A DNA stretch of 64,000 bases from Klebsormidium nitens (taxonomy: Eukaryota > Plantae > Klebsormidiophyceae), in NCBI GenBank assembly GCA_000708835.1, contig DF236967.1:124001-188000 (forward strand). The letters are read 5' to 3'. This document shows positions 10,595-23,108 of this stretch, piece by piece. A model generated the notes under the pieces. That model made no database searches and was not told where the DNA came from. It was given only the letters and a program-made list of their open reading frames with translations. Both the position numbers and the translations under genes were made by a program. Numbering within the stretch: position 1 is the first letter of the stretch; every line of letters begins with the position of its first letter.

Positions 10595-12923
10595 AAGTCT
10601 TCAGAGATGGTGAAAAGGCCTACAGAGGGATCCCCCTCTGGGCCTCCAGTTGGGGGCTCCAGTCTGACAGTCAGTTGGAAGGCCCCTGAGTCAGAGCTTT
10701 GGCACGACTACGAGGATGACGTTGGCAGGAAAATCCTGGCAGCGGCCGCCTCTGGACAATCCGAGGTTGAGATTTGCCATGAAGAGATCAGTCCTGATAA
10801 GAAGCAGAGGAAGTCGTCAAGGCTGCGGCAGCTGCGGAAGATTCATAAGGGACAAAATGGTTGCAGGTAAGACATTGTTTATCTGATTTGGTGGAGACTA
10901 TGGGCGAGTTCTTTCAAACATCAGGGCTGAGTCAAATGGGAGGGATGATTCCTACAAGCCTCAGAACCTCTTCTGAGGCTTGTAGACTGTTGCAACTTGT
11001 CATCCCTGTATCATTGTTGTCCCGGCGGCAAAGCATTGTCTCTGGCCTTTCAAAGCATTCCAAAGGGCGGCAGAAACAGAATCGGTTCGTCCGGGAGCTT
11101 CCGAAATCACTGCCAGTCGTAACTTACTCCATGATGCTTCGTTTTCTGCTTTCAGCGAGGAGAACGGTACTGTGCACTTCGACAGTATGCAAGTGCGGGT
11201 TGCTGCTTCGAACACAAACCGGCTCATTCGCTGGCGTGTGTCGTCCACAAGCTGCTGCTTCTACCAACTGCCAACCAACGGGGCCGCTCTCGCAGCGCTG
11301 GTTGCGAAACAGAGGGAGTCGGAGAGAAGGCACGTGAGTTTGTGTGACACAGGTGGCTGATATTATCGGAAGAAGTCCAAACTGTGTGAGCCTTCACTTG
11401 GAAGGTCTCGTGATCCGTGCTTTACTTATGATTTTGTGTTCGTTTGATGACCTGCTCGAAGTGCTTTGGTCGACCTTCGCTTTCGTGATTACACAGTCGA
11501 GTGATGCTGGAAACAGATTCGAAAGAAAATGTGATGTGAGCTGCTATGCTTACGTGTTTCGATTGAGACTTACTCTCTGGTAACGTGTGTACGGATGCTA
11601 TGTCAATGGGTCGTTCCAACGGCACATAATTTGAAGGTACAAACGTTGTTATTACCAGACAAGTAAACCTCAGTCAAGTCCCCTCTGAGAACGATATGTG
11701 ACTCTTCTCGGGCGAAAGACAAGATATTCTCCGGCTGACTTCTGCAGTTTGAATCCTTCTCTCGACCTCCTGACACAAGCTTTTAATACCGTATCTCTCC
11801 TTTGATACGTCCTTGAAACTCTGAGCATCGAAAAAGAGTTAGGCAAACACAACCGAAGCAAAAAAGCCACCACTCCGTGTTACAGGTCTTGTCGGAGCTC
11901 CTCCAGTACCTGACGTCAGCCTCGCGGATCAGCGCCTTCCTCTCCACCGCCATGGTCCAGCGAGTGACCGCGCACGGTTTGCCCATGAACAGCGCGCGCG
12001 ACCTGCGGGTGGTGCGGACCGTTCCGAACGTGCACGCCACGCCGCACCGGACGCTCTATGAGCGCTTCCTAGATGCGATGGTGCAGAACGTGGGAAGCCT
12101 TGGAGGTGAGCGGCCGAAGTAACCCGCTCTCAGGCTACCCTGTGTTGGTACCCTGTGTACATTCTGGGGAGGCAGATAGTTCGAGACGCGAGGGGATTTT
12201 GCGTTCTGATTGCGCTTCCGTTTGGCTAGCGCGTCCAGTAGGACGGAGCACTTGTTTCCAGAGAGTTTGGAGTATGTGGTGAAAGAGCCAGAGGGTCGAG
12301 CCGTTGGAAACTGACATGGATTCGTTATCTTGATGGTCGTCTTCAGAGCACCACTTGAGGAGATGCGCGAGATTCTCGAGTAAGCATCTGTAAGATCTCC
12401 ACTCGATTGCGGACTTTCTAAGTTGCACAGAGGAGTCTATATGACATTCGAAAGGGTTCTGATAGGCCTCCATGCGAATACTACGGTTAGGAAAGATATC
12501 AGATGACTTCGCAAGGTACCTATCTGGGATTTCGGCGGCCAGAAAAGGAGATCTGCTCAACACAACTCTTTGTTGTCCGCAGATGCGCTCCAAGCGCTTC
12601 TGGGTTCGGAAGCCCAGTCGATCGCGCCCTTCAATTTTGCCTTCCACGGGACCGCCCGACGCAACCTTCCGTCCATTCTGGCGCACGGGATGTCGACGGA
12701 GAAGCGGCTTAGCCAGCGCAGCGGCGACTGGTTTGCGGCATCTCCGTACGTTGGTCTAGATTACTGTCGTTCTCGAGGTGGACCGCTGACGCGTTACCAG
12801 CTCCTACTATTTTTGCTGCTCCCCGTGCCGTCTGCGGTGCAGACACGGCTGTTGGACATTCTCGTGATCTCGGACAGGCACTTCGAGCTTCCTTTAGCCA
12901 TTGTCGAAGTTGAGTACAAGTGA
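10595..12923 (+). CDS. WWE-like domain + divergent PARP-type ART domain protein (5' end unresolved)
   Basis: Exons 10595-10866, 11156-11333, 11886-12105, 12583-12923 join with matching phases (2, 0, 1). WWE-like: VSWKAPESELWHDYEDDVGRKI..EVEI and GTVHFDSMQVRVAASNTNRLIRW. ART-like: FAFHGT..NLPSILAHG, GDWFAASPYVGLDYC, DILVI..ELPLAIV. Possible further exons near 9270-10550. Confidence 0.7.
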
Positions 12924-15241
12924 CATTCGATGGGCCCGCATGTGTAGCGGCCGTGAGGACAGGGACCGGAGCTGTCATCAAGCGGAGCAATTGCCTGATA
13001 ATAATAAAATCCGACAAACATAGGACTGTTGAGCTTTTCATGGCGGCCGCCGGAAGGATGAGAGAAAGGAACCCCGGGACTTTACATGATCGTGCATCCG
13101 ACAGAATTGCCTGCCTGGGGCGCCCGGCCTGCTGGCAGCTGAACAGTCAGCCGATGATATACAAACAATCAGTGGTACTGCTGAAATTTAACGGCTAATC
13201 ATTCTCTAGAAATAAGCGATACCAATCCAACTACAATGACGGTATGCAAAAGTTTGCACTCCTGTCAATCCGTCAGGTTGAGATACGTTTTGATTGTATA
13301 AGTCACTATAGCTAGTTTGCTGACGTGCGAGACAAACGAGGAGTTTACTGTACGATCGACTGTGTTGGAGGCGGGACCGGCTGATGCGCGTCCGCTTTGA
13401 TATGGCCTCGTTACTGAGAGTTAGATTAGGCCCGCGAAGCTCTGTCGACCGCGCAACGCCATGTGCACCCATGCGACATGTGATGTCTGCAGATGTTCCT
13501 TTGGATTGATGCCTGATGTGCATGCAGTAGGAGTGCATCAATTGAGATCTTGCGCTTAGAAGCTAGCGCATTCAAGCACTGAAACATAACATGGCGGCAC
13601 ATGCATGTGCACCCGCGCCTTCACATCAGTCGTTGAATTAAGGCCTTTTTGTGCCGGCCTGTAATCATGAAGTATCTGACAAGCCGGGTGTGTGTTTCAT
13701 TGACTCTCATGTGCATGTTCGTTTGGACAACAGGCACTAATGCTACTTGTTATTCAACAGCAGTAAGGCTTTGATTACAAATGTTTGAGCAGATGGCCTC
13801 AGTGCACATCTGGCTTTCAATGCGTCGGACCCTGGCAGTGTAGATACTACGGACGGCGCGGCCGGCTGGGCATGCACTTTACGGCCGGCTGGGCACGCAC
13901 TTTACATGCAAGACGGCTGCTACAATTTTGGCAACGTTGTCATGAAGCTTCCTTTACGAAACCGATGGAGGAGGTGCCGAAATCAAGCTGCTCGGCTGGA
14001 AGGAAACAAGCCAGTGGCCACAAAGCTTCCTCCCGTTCTTCAAGAACATGCAGATTGTCATTGACTCTGTGGATCGCCCATGGATTCTATTGTGTGTAAG
14101 ACGAAGTCTTGCAGGCTTACGTGGACGATCATTTCGAAGCTGTTTCTGGATGAACTTTCTACGTGTAGACTCACAGTCGACGCTTGAACGCCATGTAAAG
14201 ACCATCGAGGGCCACCTACTCAAGCACATCTGAAAATGATATCTGGGAGAACCATGCCACGGCTCCAAGTACGAGGGGAGCACCCACGAGCGGAAACAGC
14301 GTTACGAAAAACAGGACTTCGCCCAGCGTGACTATACTGGCCGTCATTGGCACGACGGTAAGCAGGTAGCGACGTCGAGAGAAATACCACTCTCCGACAT
14401 GGAAGGACGTCCCACTGGCCTGTGAGGGTTGGTGAGATTTTGTCAACATGTTGACAAAAGTCGTTGTGAATCAAACCGCCTGCTTTGGCAGCCTGGCAAG
14501 CTCACCCAAGAGCACCGTTTGCATCGGCTGTTATTGAGATTGATGGATGGGAAGTCACAAGCAGATTGTTTGCAGTTTTCCAAGCGAGTTGGACAGCAGA
14601 GGCCCTCCTTATACGAGATACGGGATTACAGAGTGCTATACCTGGACAAGCGTAGCCCATTTGATGCCGAACACGGAAACGCTTCTGTGTTTCTCGTAAG
14701 ATCCCGGTACGCCAAGGATGTCTGTCAAGGAAAGCAGAGGTGTCGATCGATCCTGAACTTTTTTTCTCCTCCTCCTTTCTTCTGTACGAAGTAGTGGGAC
14801 AAAGAGCTGCGTTTATTTCATCTTTGTACCTCACTTGCTAGCGCCGGTTTATGGACTGATCCTTGGCTTATATCCAGACGTACTTCGTTGAAGGACAGTC
14901 TCTTTGAATCACTCGTGCTGTCTTGAACTGGTATGGATCCATACCCCTGTCACAAATTGATGGCGAGAAGCTGAGTAGCTCGTCGCCTTCAACAATGGCA
15001 TACTACTGCCTCGGCGAGGTGAAGCGCTTGACACTAGACCCTTCCAGCGCTCAATTCAACTGCTTCACAACTTTCAAAAGTTGCATGGCTTTGTTCACAT
15101 CCATGTTGCCACCTTCTTGAGCCATTCAGTCCCGTCTAAGGTGAACAAGAGCAACTCTTAGATGCTCCTCTTAAGTGCACAACTCACCCGAGTAGAAAGC
15201 CGGTGCAGGAGTCTCCTGTTAGTTAAGGCGTTGACGAGTTT

Positions 15242-15724
15242 TCAGACGTCTGCAACCAGCATTGAAGAGTTTTGTTCACAAAGATGCAGGTCTGGTGGAT
15301 TGATTTGGACGGAAAGTGGATAATTGTTCTGCTCCTTACCTGCAAGATCTTCGTTCTGTATCCAGCTTCCTGGTTTATCTTCCCACACCAAAGCTCGATC
15401 CCCGAAGGAAATCTGTTCGCTCCAGGGCAGAGGAACGTCCCAGCTTGCACCAGAGCTGAGAATTAAGATAAGGCCGAGAAGGGAGGAAAGAAGGAGAATA
15501 ATGGTTGGCCACATCCACATCTTCAATCTCCAGAATTCAGGCGCCGGTTCAGTCAGTGGGCTGGGAGGTCCATCTTTGAGCTCTGCTTCATGCGCAGAGT
15601 CTTCCTCAACGTCCTCCAAGTCCCAGTCGGAGGAGGCTTCGTAGCAGCCACTTTCAAGCTGATCTGATGTTTTAGACAGCGCGCCAGCCATCTTACCTTC
15701 CTTTCCACTCCCTGAGCGAACCAC
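15242..15724 (-). CDS. Possible type II single-pass membrane protein exon/fragment
   Basis: Acidic N-terminal region, then hydrophobic WPTIILLLSSLLGLILILSSGA; GTAAG donor near 15338. Downstream frames contain stops. Confidence 0.4.
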   Translation of the reverse strand: MVRSGSGKEGKMAGALSKTSDQLESGCYEASSDWDLEDVEEDSAHEAELKDGPPSPLTEPAPEFWRLKMWMWPTIILLLSSLLGLILILSSGASWDVPLPWSEQISFGDRALVWEDKPGSWIQNEDLAGKEQNNYPLSVQINPPDLHLCEQNSSMLVADV

Positions 15725-17209
15725 TGTTTGCGATGAATGAAGGAAGGCATTGGTGCACCTTGCCGTGAGTTCACCGACCGGATTCCGTTTCCGTCGATCC
15801 GCTCAGACCGATGGGGCGGCCGCGGACTACGTCGCCTCTGGCTTTCGGTCCTGCTATTTTGATGGAGAATCTGATGGATTTTTGCAGCTTTGAAAGCCAT
15901 TGCTGAGCACTTTGTCATAGCTTCAGGAGCTTCGCTTCGCAATCGAGTCAATCGCAGGTAAGATCATGCGCATACGCCCGCTTCTTTTTGACGCTTCAGC
16001 TTTCCAAGCCGGATCATCCTTTCATCATGATGATCAGATCATCGTGAAGGTGTTCGAACGCACCTTGATGCTTGCATCGCTTCCAAGATTCTAGGTATAG
16101 GATCGTGAATTTCCGCTTTGATTTGGAAAGAGAAAGAAGAAGCAACGGACAGCACGTCCACACAGATTGCTCCCACTCGAGGGTGACGGCAAGTGGCTCT
16201 TAGTGGAATTACCTTTCAGAAGACATCGAGTAGACTTTTGATCGTCACTGTCGATATGATCATGCTCTTTGAGAAGAATTGCAGCTCCAAGGTACTAAAA
16301 TCTCTTTGAATCGTGCAGAACTACGTCAATTGGGGCTTTTAACTTTAAAGGTGAGATGCCGTTCAGCCGTCTTGATTAATCTACGCTCCTCAGTCGCTTT
16401 GAAAGATCGACAGTTACTACAATGGCTTTCAGAATCCGATTAAAATGTTCAGATAAGAGCTGCATTAGATACGTTAGTTCTTGATCCAACTGAAGCAGGC
16501 ACGACATCCTTTAAAGTGCAGTCTGCTTGAGGTCTCACAATCGTCTCCTGTGGCTTCGACTGCAGTAACATAAAGTCTCTTCGAATGAAATGATAATTCG
16601 TATTCCCTTCGTCCCTTCAAGTCTTCTTATTTCAACTCAAAGAACAATCAACTTCTTATAATCTAGGTTCGAATAACACCGCGAATAGACTCGAATTAGT
16701 TTCTTGTAGGCTTATTCTGAGCGAGTAGTGGCAGACGTGACGGAACGTTCAGGTCAAGGAGGGTAACGCTGAATGCTTTAAGAGCTCCTTCCGCACACAT
16801 AGAACCCGTATTTTTTCTGCCTTTCGTTGTTGTTCACCGTGCAAAATGCTGGAAAGCTGGCAGTACTTGCACTGTGAACGATCAAACGTGAAGCTCGGCA
16901 TTGAAGTGCCACCTTTGTACCTTACAGGTGAGCAAAGAACTTTCACGAATTCATTCTATCGATACGTTCTGCGGCTCCGAGCACCAACGGAGGGAATGGC
17001 TTCCTCCAATGTAAGCATCATCAGGATTACTTTCTTGCAACCTGTTCGTACGTGGTCCCTTTCAAGCCACCGCCATGTCACTCGAGTCAATTAGAGAGTG
17101 CTGTGCTTTGACCTTGGAAATGACAGAGGATGCTTGATTGAGTGGCATGATTGAGTTTTAGGGTCCAAGTAGAACCCTTTCGCAAGAGGATTCGGATCCC
17201 CTCTTTCAG

Positions 17210-17567
17210 GACTACCGATCTTTCGTTATTTTACGATGAGGAATCTGCAACTAAAGTCACATATGAAGGTGTTTTAAGCAGCCCTCAGTATTGCCTTTGC
17301 AAAGATCGTTTTGAAAACCTGGATGTCGTGTCCTGTTCAGTTCCAATATCTAACGGCTGCCCTTTTCTTGAGTTACAGAGCACCATTGGAATCAAAGCTG
17401 GTGAAGGCAAACCCGGGGGAGGCGGCATTTCCAAAAGCCTGCTGATTATTATAGGCTGCTGTATTGGGGCCGGCATATGCGTCGCAGGATACGTAGGGCT
17501 GGTCATTTCATGCACTAAACGCTTTAGAAAGAGGAAGCTCGACAAGACTGTCCACCCTACACTATAG
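17210..17567 (+). CDS. Possible terminal exon of a type I membrane protein
   Basis: ctctttcag acceptor; Cys-containing segment, hydrophobic LLIIIGCCIGAGICVAGYVGLVISC, basic stop-transfer-like KRFRKRK, then stop. Upstream exons not resolved. Confidence 0.45.
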
Positions 17568-20029
17568 AAGAAACTTTTAGAATCGATTACATAACGACAC
17601 TTTGCATCGACCGATTTGACGCTGGATAAATGATTTGTAAAGCTGTCTCGATTTTTTTCTGCCATTGTAGGTCTCTGCTTTGATCCACGTACGTTAAAGT
17701 GACTATCTGTGATGCCGTTTTCCAAGCGCATCATAGCCGTTATGATTAAGGGAAGCCCTGGCTGAGCAACGCTGTTTTGTAGCACGGTCTCTGAAAACAG
17801 ATACCTTACGTTATCGTTCCACTTGACCGTAATACCACAAGACGAAGCAACGGTTTATTGACCCCTTGAGACCCTACGTGGTTTTCACGAACAGGCTAAG
17901 ACACATGCGGCAACTCAGGATGTAATAGCGGCCATAAATGCAGCGAAGTATACCTTTTACTCTTGCGGTCTTGGTTGACTCGAAGCAGCTCCATGCAGCG
18001 CTGCCATGAGAGTAGCACGCGTCACCGTGCACGAAAAAATGTGACTTCTGCCTACTTGTCGCCATCCAATCTCTTCTATATCGTTATTGATTCCCCTACG
18101 AAAAAGAAACAGTCCAAGTTATGTTACAGTTCGAGGTGACCACCTCCATGCAGATGTGTTTATACACAGTAATGATAGTAATAATGTTGCACACGCAGAT
18201 TGAAGGTTTCACTCAAGAAGTGTTCGGGTATTTCATGTCACCATTGTCGTCTTTCGCTCCGAATCGAAACCAGTTAGAGAGCTATGTTATAATATGTTTC
18301 TTAAGTCAAGATTATTGAAAACCTTCGCCCGTTGGCTTACCTCAATCGTTTGGGCCCGTTTTCCACCATACGATTTTTATCTTTTACCATCCGTATATGC
18401 ATTCACTTAGGCGCATCCGCTCGACTTACGAGTCTGATCCACTTCCTGCACTCCAATCCATCACTTCCTCGGAAAGCGTTGGACAGTCTCAACTTCGATG
18501 AGCGCACCTCACCGCTTGGCCATGAGCTTGCACCTGCGCTTATGCTTTGGAAGTCGTTCTGTATTTATCGAAGAAAGACGGAACCGGACATGGTAAGCTT
18601 GTACAGCGGACACAGAGCGGACATCAGATTTACACTTTGCTTGGACGCTTGGTTCTTTGCCGCCGCTGCACCCCACTGAATTTTACGAGTCCAATGCATG
18701 CACGCGAGCGTGCACTCACGGGCGGACCAGCAGAATGTGACGAGCCATGCCAATGATATCAGTCAGATATGAATCGAAGATAGTTTTTCGTTTCAAACAC
18801 AGTCCGTTTATCTGAATGCCGTCTTTAACTGAAATTTGGCTCACTACCCTGTGCAGCAGGAACGCGTATCCAGTAGAGGTTGCTTCGAAACCTGGACAGA
18901 AGAAAGGAACTGGGAAGAGGATAGAGACTCTGACTCCAAGGGTCTGAGACGTGAAACAAATCCAGCCAGAACTTACCGTGCATGGGCAACTGCGCGTACC
19001 GCGTGAATGAACAGCGCTTTCGCTCGCGCGCAAGCGCACAGCTCCCCCCTTAGTGTGGGACCCTGCGCCTGGCATGATTTTAGTACTTCGAATGAAAAAT
19101 ATCGTGCCAAATCCTGTGCCACCTTTCTTGAGATGCTCGAGGTTTCTATCCGCGAAGGATATATTGATGCTTGACAGACATTTCGGAAGGCAGGACTGTG
19201 CAGATCATTGATCCGATCATGAACCCTGAGCATAAATGTGTTAGCTAGCGCTCTTAATGAGAAGTCTCTCCTACACTGTCAGAAAAGTACTTTGCCCCAA
19301 ACTTAGGTTTCAGGAGTATGATGATATGGCTTCCTCAACCCTCAATCCCGTCTGAAATGCCCTCTTCTTTACAAGGCGCTGCTTCTAACATAACATAGGC
19401 GCGCCGGAGGCGCGCTGGGCCCGTTTTGTTGACAACGACCTTGATCTCAGGACAATTCCCGGACAAATTTGCAAAGCTTGGCTTGAATTACGTCTCGGGA
19501 AACTGCTCAATATGACTTTATCACCATCTTCAAACCGTTTAGAAATACAGAAAGACAGAAAGAAAGAAAGACAGAAAGGTACGTCACGCGGTACACCCAA
19601 AGAACTTTCTGAGCCGGGGACAGATTCAGCGCGTCAGATACATGATGATTTAAGGGGGTGATCAGGGGAACTGATCTTTCCTGATCATTTTACACCGTCC
19701 CTCCAAAACTCGAACTGGCGGTGAACAGACACAATGAAATGGAAGAAATCGACGGTCAGCAGGCGCAACCGTCGACTTTTCAGGAGAATCCGCCAGCTTT
19801 GGTAATATCAGCTTCGGATCTGTCCGATGGAGGTGGTATTCAGTGCCAGCTCTAAGATTCATACTTGCGATACCTTACCTGCAGTAAACCTCGGCGGCAA
19901 CATTTGCCGAAAAAGTTTGCCGCCTCCGCAAACCGATTTGACACACGAAACCTCCCCAAACCGGGTTAACATCTGTGTCAAAGACCTGAACTTGGTGCGT
20001 ACCGCTGGCGACTGAGGTTTACGGTTGGT

Positions 20030-21360
20030 TTGAGTCAACTTAACCAGCCGCGCGTCAAACCGAGCGCGGATGTGCCCTTTTCGAAGTCGGCTCATCTCGA
20101 AGCCGAGAAAGCATCTGTTTGTATGATTGCAGTGGCGCTGCTTGAAACGCGCTTCCAAGCCATCATGGATCAGATACCGCATGCCAGGCAAAGCTTGCCA
20201 TTCGGTAAACGGTTTTATCTGAACACCGTTCTCAAAGGTCCCGCTCTATGGTTCTATGTGGCCCACAGTATCGTCTGCGGCCTTGGTATCCTCGTCTTCA
20301 CCATCTTGGCGCTGACAAGTCCAAGTGCCCTGCATTTTTCTGGTAAGCTGCGTTGCGCAAACTGCTGGGACATGCTAGCAATCTGATTTTGCAGAATAGA
20401 TATCCGGAAGTTTGCAGTCTCTTGCTATCAAGAAGATTCGTCAACCTTTCAAACGCCAAGGCAGAAGTACTCAACAGCCTGTACTTCGGTATCTCGGCTC
20501 TGCGAAGGTTTAGTTTGTTCAAAAGTCCTGTCATTCATTCAAGAGGCAGCGGCTCTTCTCTGCCGTAAAGACAGGTTTTGGTTCCACGGACACTTTGCGT
20601 ACTTCTTTCTCTCTTTCCAAATAAGACTTGAACAAAAGTTGAACAAAGAGACGTGTTTCTCTTGGGACGCTAATTGGCATCGCGCTTAGTAAACACCATT
20701 CTGTATTTGGCGCTTTTGCAGAAATCCAGGCCCCTTCCACGAATGCCATAATTATAGTCCATGACCTGCGCATTCATGGTCGCTGCTTCTCAACGCGCAA
20801 CTACCTGCCAGTGGTACGAAATCTGCTCAAAAGAGCCTTCCTGCAGAAGTTTTCTTTAAAGAGGCTCATGTCAACCCGGTTCCTTGCATGCAGAGCACCT
20901 TTGTTGAAGCTCGCGGCCTTACACGATGCAGCTTACAATGTCTCTTGCGATAGTCCAACATTGATTGCCAATTAAGGTGTCTGGACGGAGCCTTCGCTCG
21001 AGGACTGGGGTCTGATTTCTGACTCGTCGTTTTGTCAGGTCAACTCCAGCTCCGGCCAGAATGACGCATCTAGACACCTGACTAAGCAGTTCTACCTCCA
21101 GGGCGTCATGGTCTTTGTTTACTATTCTCTCTTGGGTCTGATGATCAAGATAATTGTGGCCGATGTTATACCAACTTTTTGGAACGGGACGGAATACGTG
21201 GTACAATGGTTTACAAAAGGCCTGCATCATCCTATCAGCAAAGAGTCTAGGTTTTGAGTCCGAAGGTACTTCCACATCCATCCATAAGCAAAGGTCTTGA
21301 AATTCGGTAGGATACGGGGCGGGTTGAAAGACAAGAAGAGGGATTTGATTAGAAATCATT
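20030..21360 (+). pseudogene. Possible decayed multi-pass membrane protein gene
   Basis: Hydrophobic segments LWFYVAHSIVCGLGILVFTILAL and FYLQGVMVFVYYSLLGLMIKIIVA lie in + frames; the 20895-21360 frame has 3 internal stops. Confidence 0.25.
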
Positions 21361-23108
21361 GGTTAGTGACAACGTGGTCAGGCGGATTCGTTTGAGGCAG
21401 GGTTCCGGCGCAAAGACGTGGCCTTTCTCGAGTTGTGAATTCTATCGATACATGGTTCAGAAGTGATAGAATCCACGATACAGCGTGAGGATTGGGCTGT
21501 ACTACGGACAAAGGCAGTCTCAACGTTGACGTGGTCCCCTCGATCTGGAAGTAAGGCGGTCGTGGGCATTGTTGTCGGGGGACTATACATGCCAGCAGGC
21601 GGTTTTGAATTTATTACATCGAGCCGGGCCTCTGTGCGACCTTCTGGCTCTTACATGAAGCCTCTGTACGACCTTATGGCTCTGACTTTATGATCATGAG
21701 GTGACCGAGGCGACTCCGCTGCACTCTCAGGCTAATTTCGATCTGAGTCTAAGAGTCAGCGACGTCTTCTGCTTCACTTCGGTACTCTACCAAAGCATGT
21801 TTGAGTCAGAGCTTTTGCATACAAGTTCCTCTCTACTCTCACACTGTCGGTCCAGGCGCGCTCTCATAAACCAGAGTCTTCTGAATAGAGGCTTCTGCCC
21901 GTCCTTTTACCGTTGGAAGTGGCCAGAAGCCACCTCAAGCCTTACACCGTAATCGGCATGAGTGCGGACAGTGAGTCATCTGGGCATTGCAAAGATGCAG
22001 GCCGTCTGATCTGCAGCTGCTTCTTGGAGTCGAATCCGCGCTTTCCCCTTTTCTTCTTGTACAGGCAGCACATTCGTCGGACCATCTCGGTTATCGTATT
22101 TCGGTCACTAGTGCTGCTTTCCGAGAGAATGGAGCTGTTGCGCCCACGTGGCTGCAGCTTGATCTCCAGCTCACGCATGTAAAAGGTGGCTTGCTGCTCC
22201 AATTCAAGTTCGGCTCTGGACTTTGCGTCCATACTTTAGCGGCGCGGGCCCCATAATCTATATATTTGCGTCCGACCCCAATTGCACCCGCACCACAATA
22301 TCGTTAACCTTCGGGCGCGTGCTTACGTATTAAGGGTGATCCAGAATGAGCCCGCAAATGGATGCCAGTGGCTCACATGAGCTTAGAACGCCAACACCAA
22401 TTAACAAGAATCATGCATCATGTATACGTACATCTTTCAAGCATGTCCGATTCTTTCTTAATGCCGCCATGACGAAAACGTATTCACCCGTCCTGCATGC
22501 GTGGTCTCGTCATCGAGTACATGGTCACGAAATCTGACATACTTAGCCCATGGTGCGCGGTTGGCAGGCGTACTGGTGGGCTGCGATCTCCAGCGCCGCA
22601 ACACTTTTACTGCCTGTTGATGCGCGGCTCAGCCGACCGTCAATGTCTACATATGCAGCCTTTTATCAAAGTTCACGATAGCTTGACCCAACGAATTTAT
22701 CTCAAAATCGTGTCGGATATTGTGCACTGAAGCCACTCAAATTGGCAGGTATGCAGATTGACAAATTGTCGGATCCGGTTCACGATGCCAGTTTCGCGTG
22801 TCTGATTGCGTTTTGTTTCATTCCTCCAGCATTTATAGATTTGATGCGAGCCAAGACGCGAAGCCTCCTTTGGATTATACCAAATATATTGTAAACCTGA
22901 TTAACCATGCACCACGAACCACGTTGTTTACGAGGAGTTCTGGGTCTGACTAAAGTTAGGACCACACAAAATTCTCAAGGGGCTCAAAGCCTATTTACTC
23001 CAGTCAGACACACGAGAGTCCGCTTGTGTGCGGTGGCATGATGACGTCAACATCTGATCGTTTCCGCCACATTCTGACCTGACGGACTGTGGCTTGCAGA
23101 CCCCAAGT

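Noticed and set aside
13861-13906. 23-bp two-copy tandem repeat as a CRISPR-like array
   Set aside because: Only two adjacent copies, no spacers, eukaryotic context.
20919-21359. 146-aa - strand ORF as a gene
   Set aside because: No motifs or supported splice context; could not decide between it and the stop-interrupted + frame, so not called.
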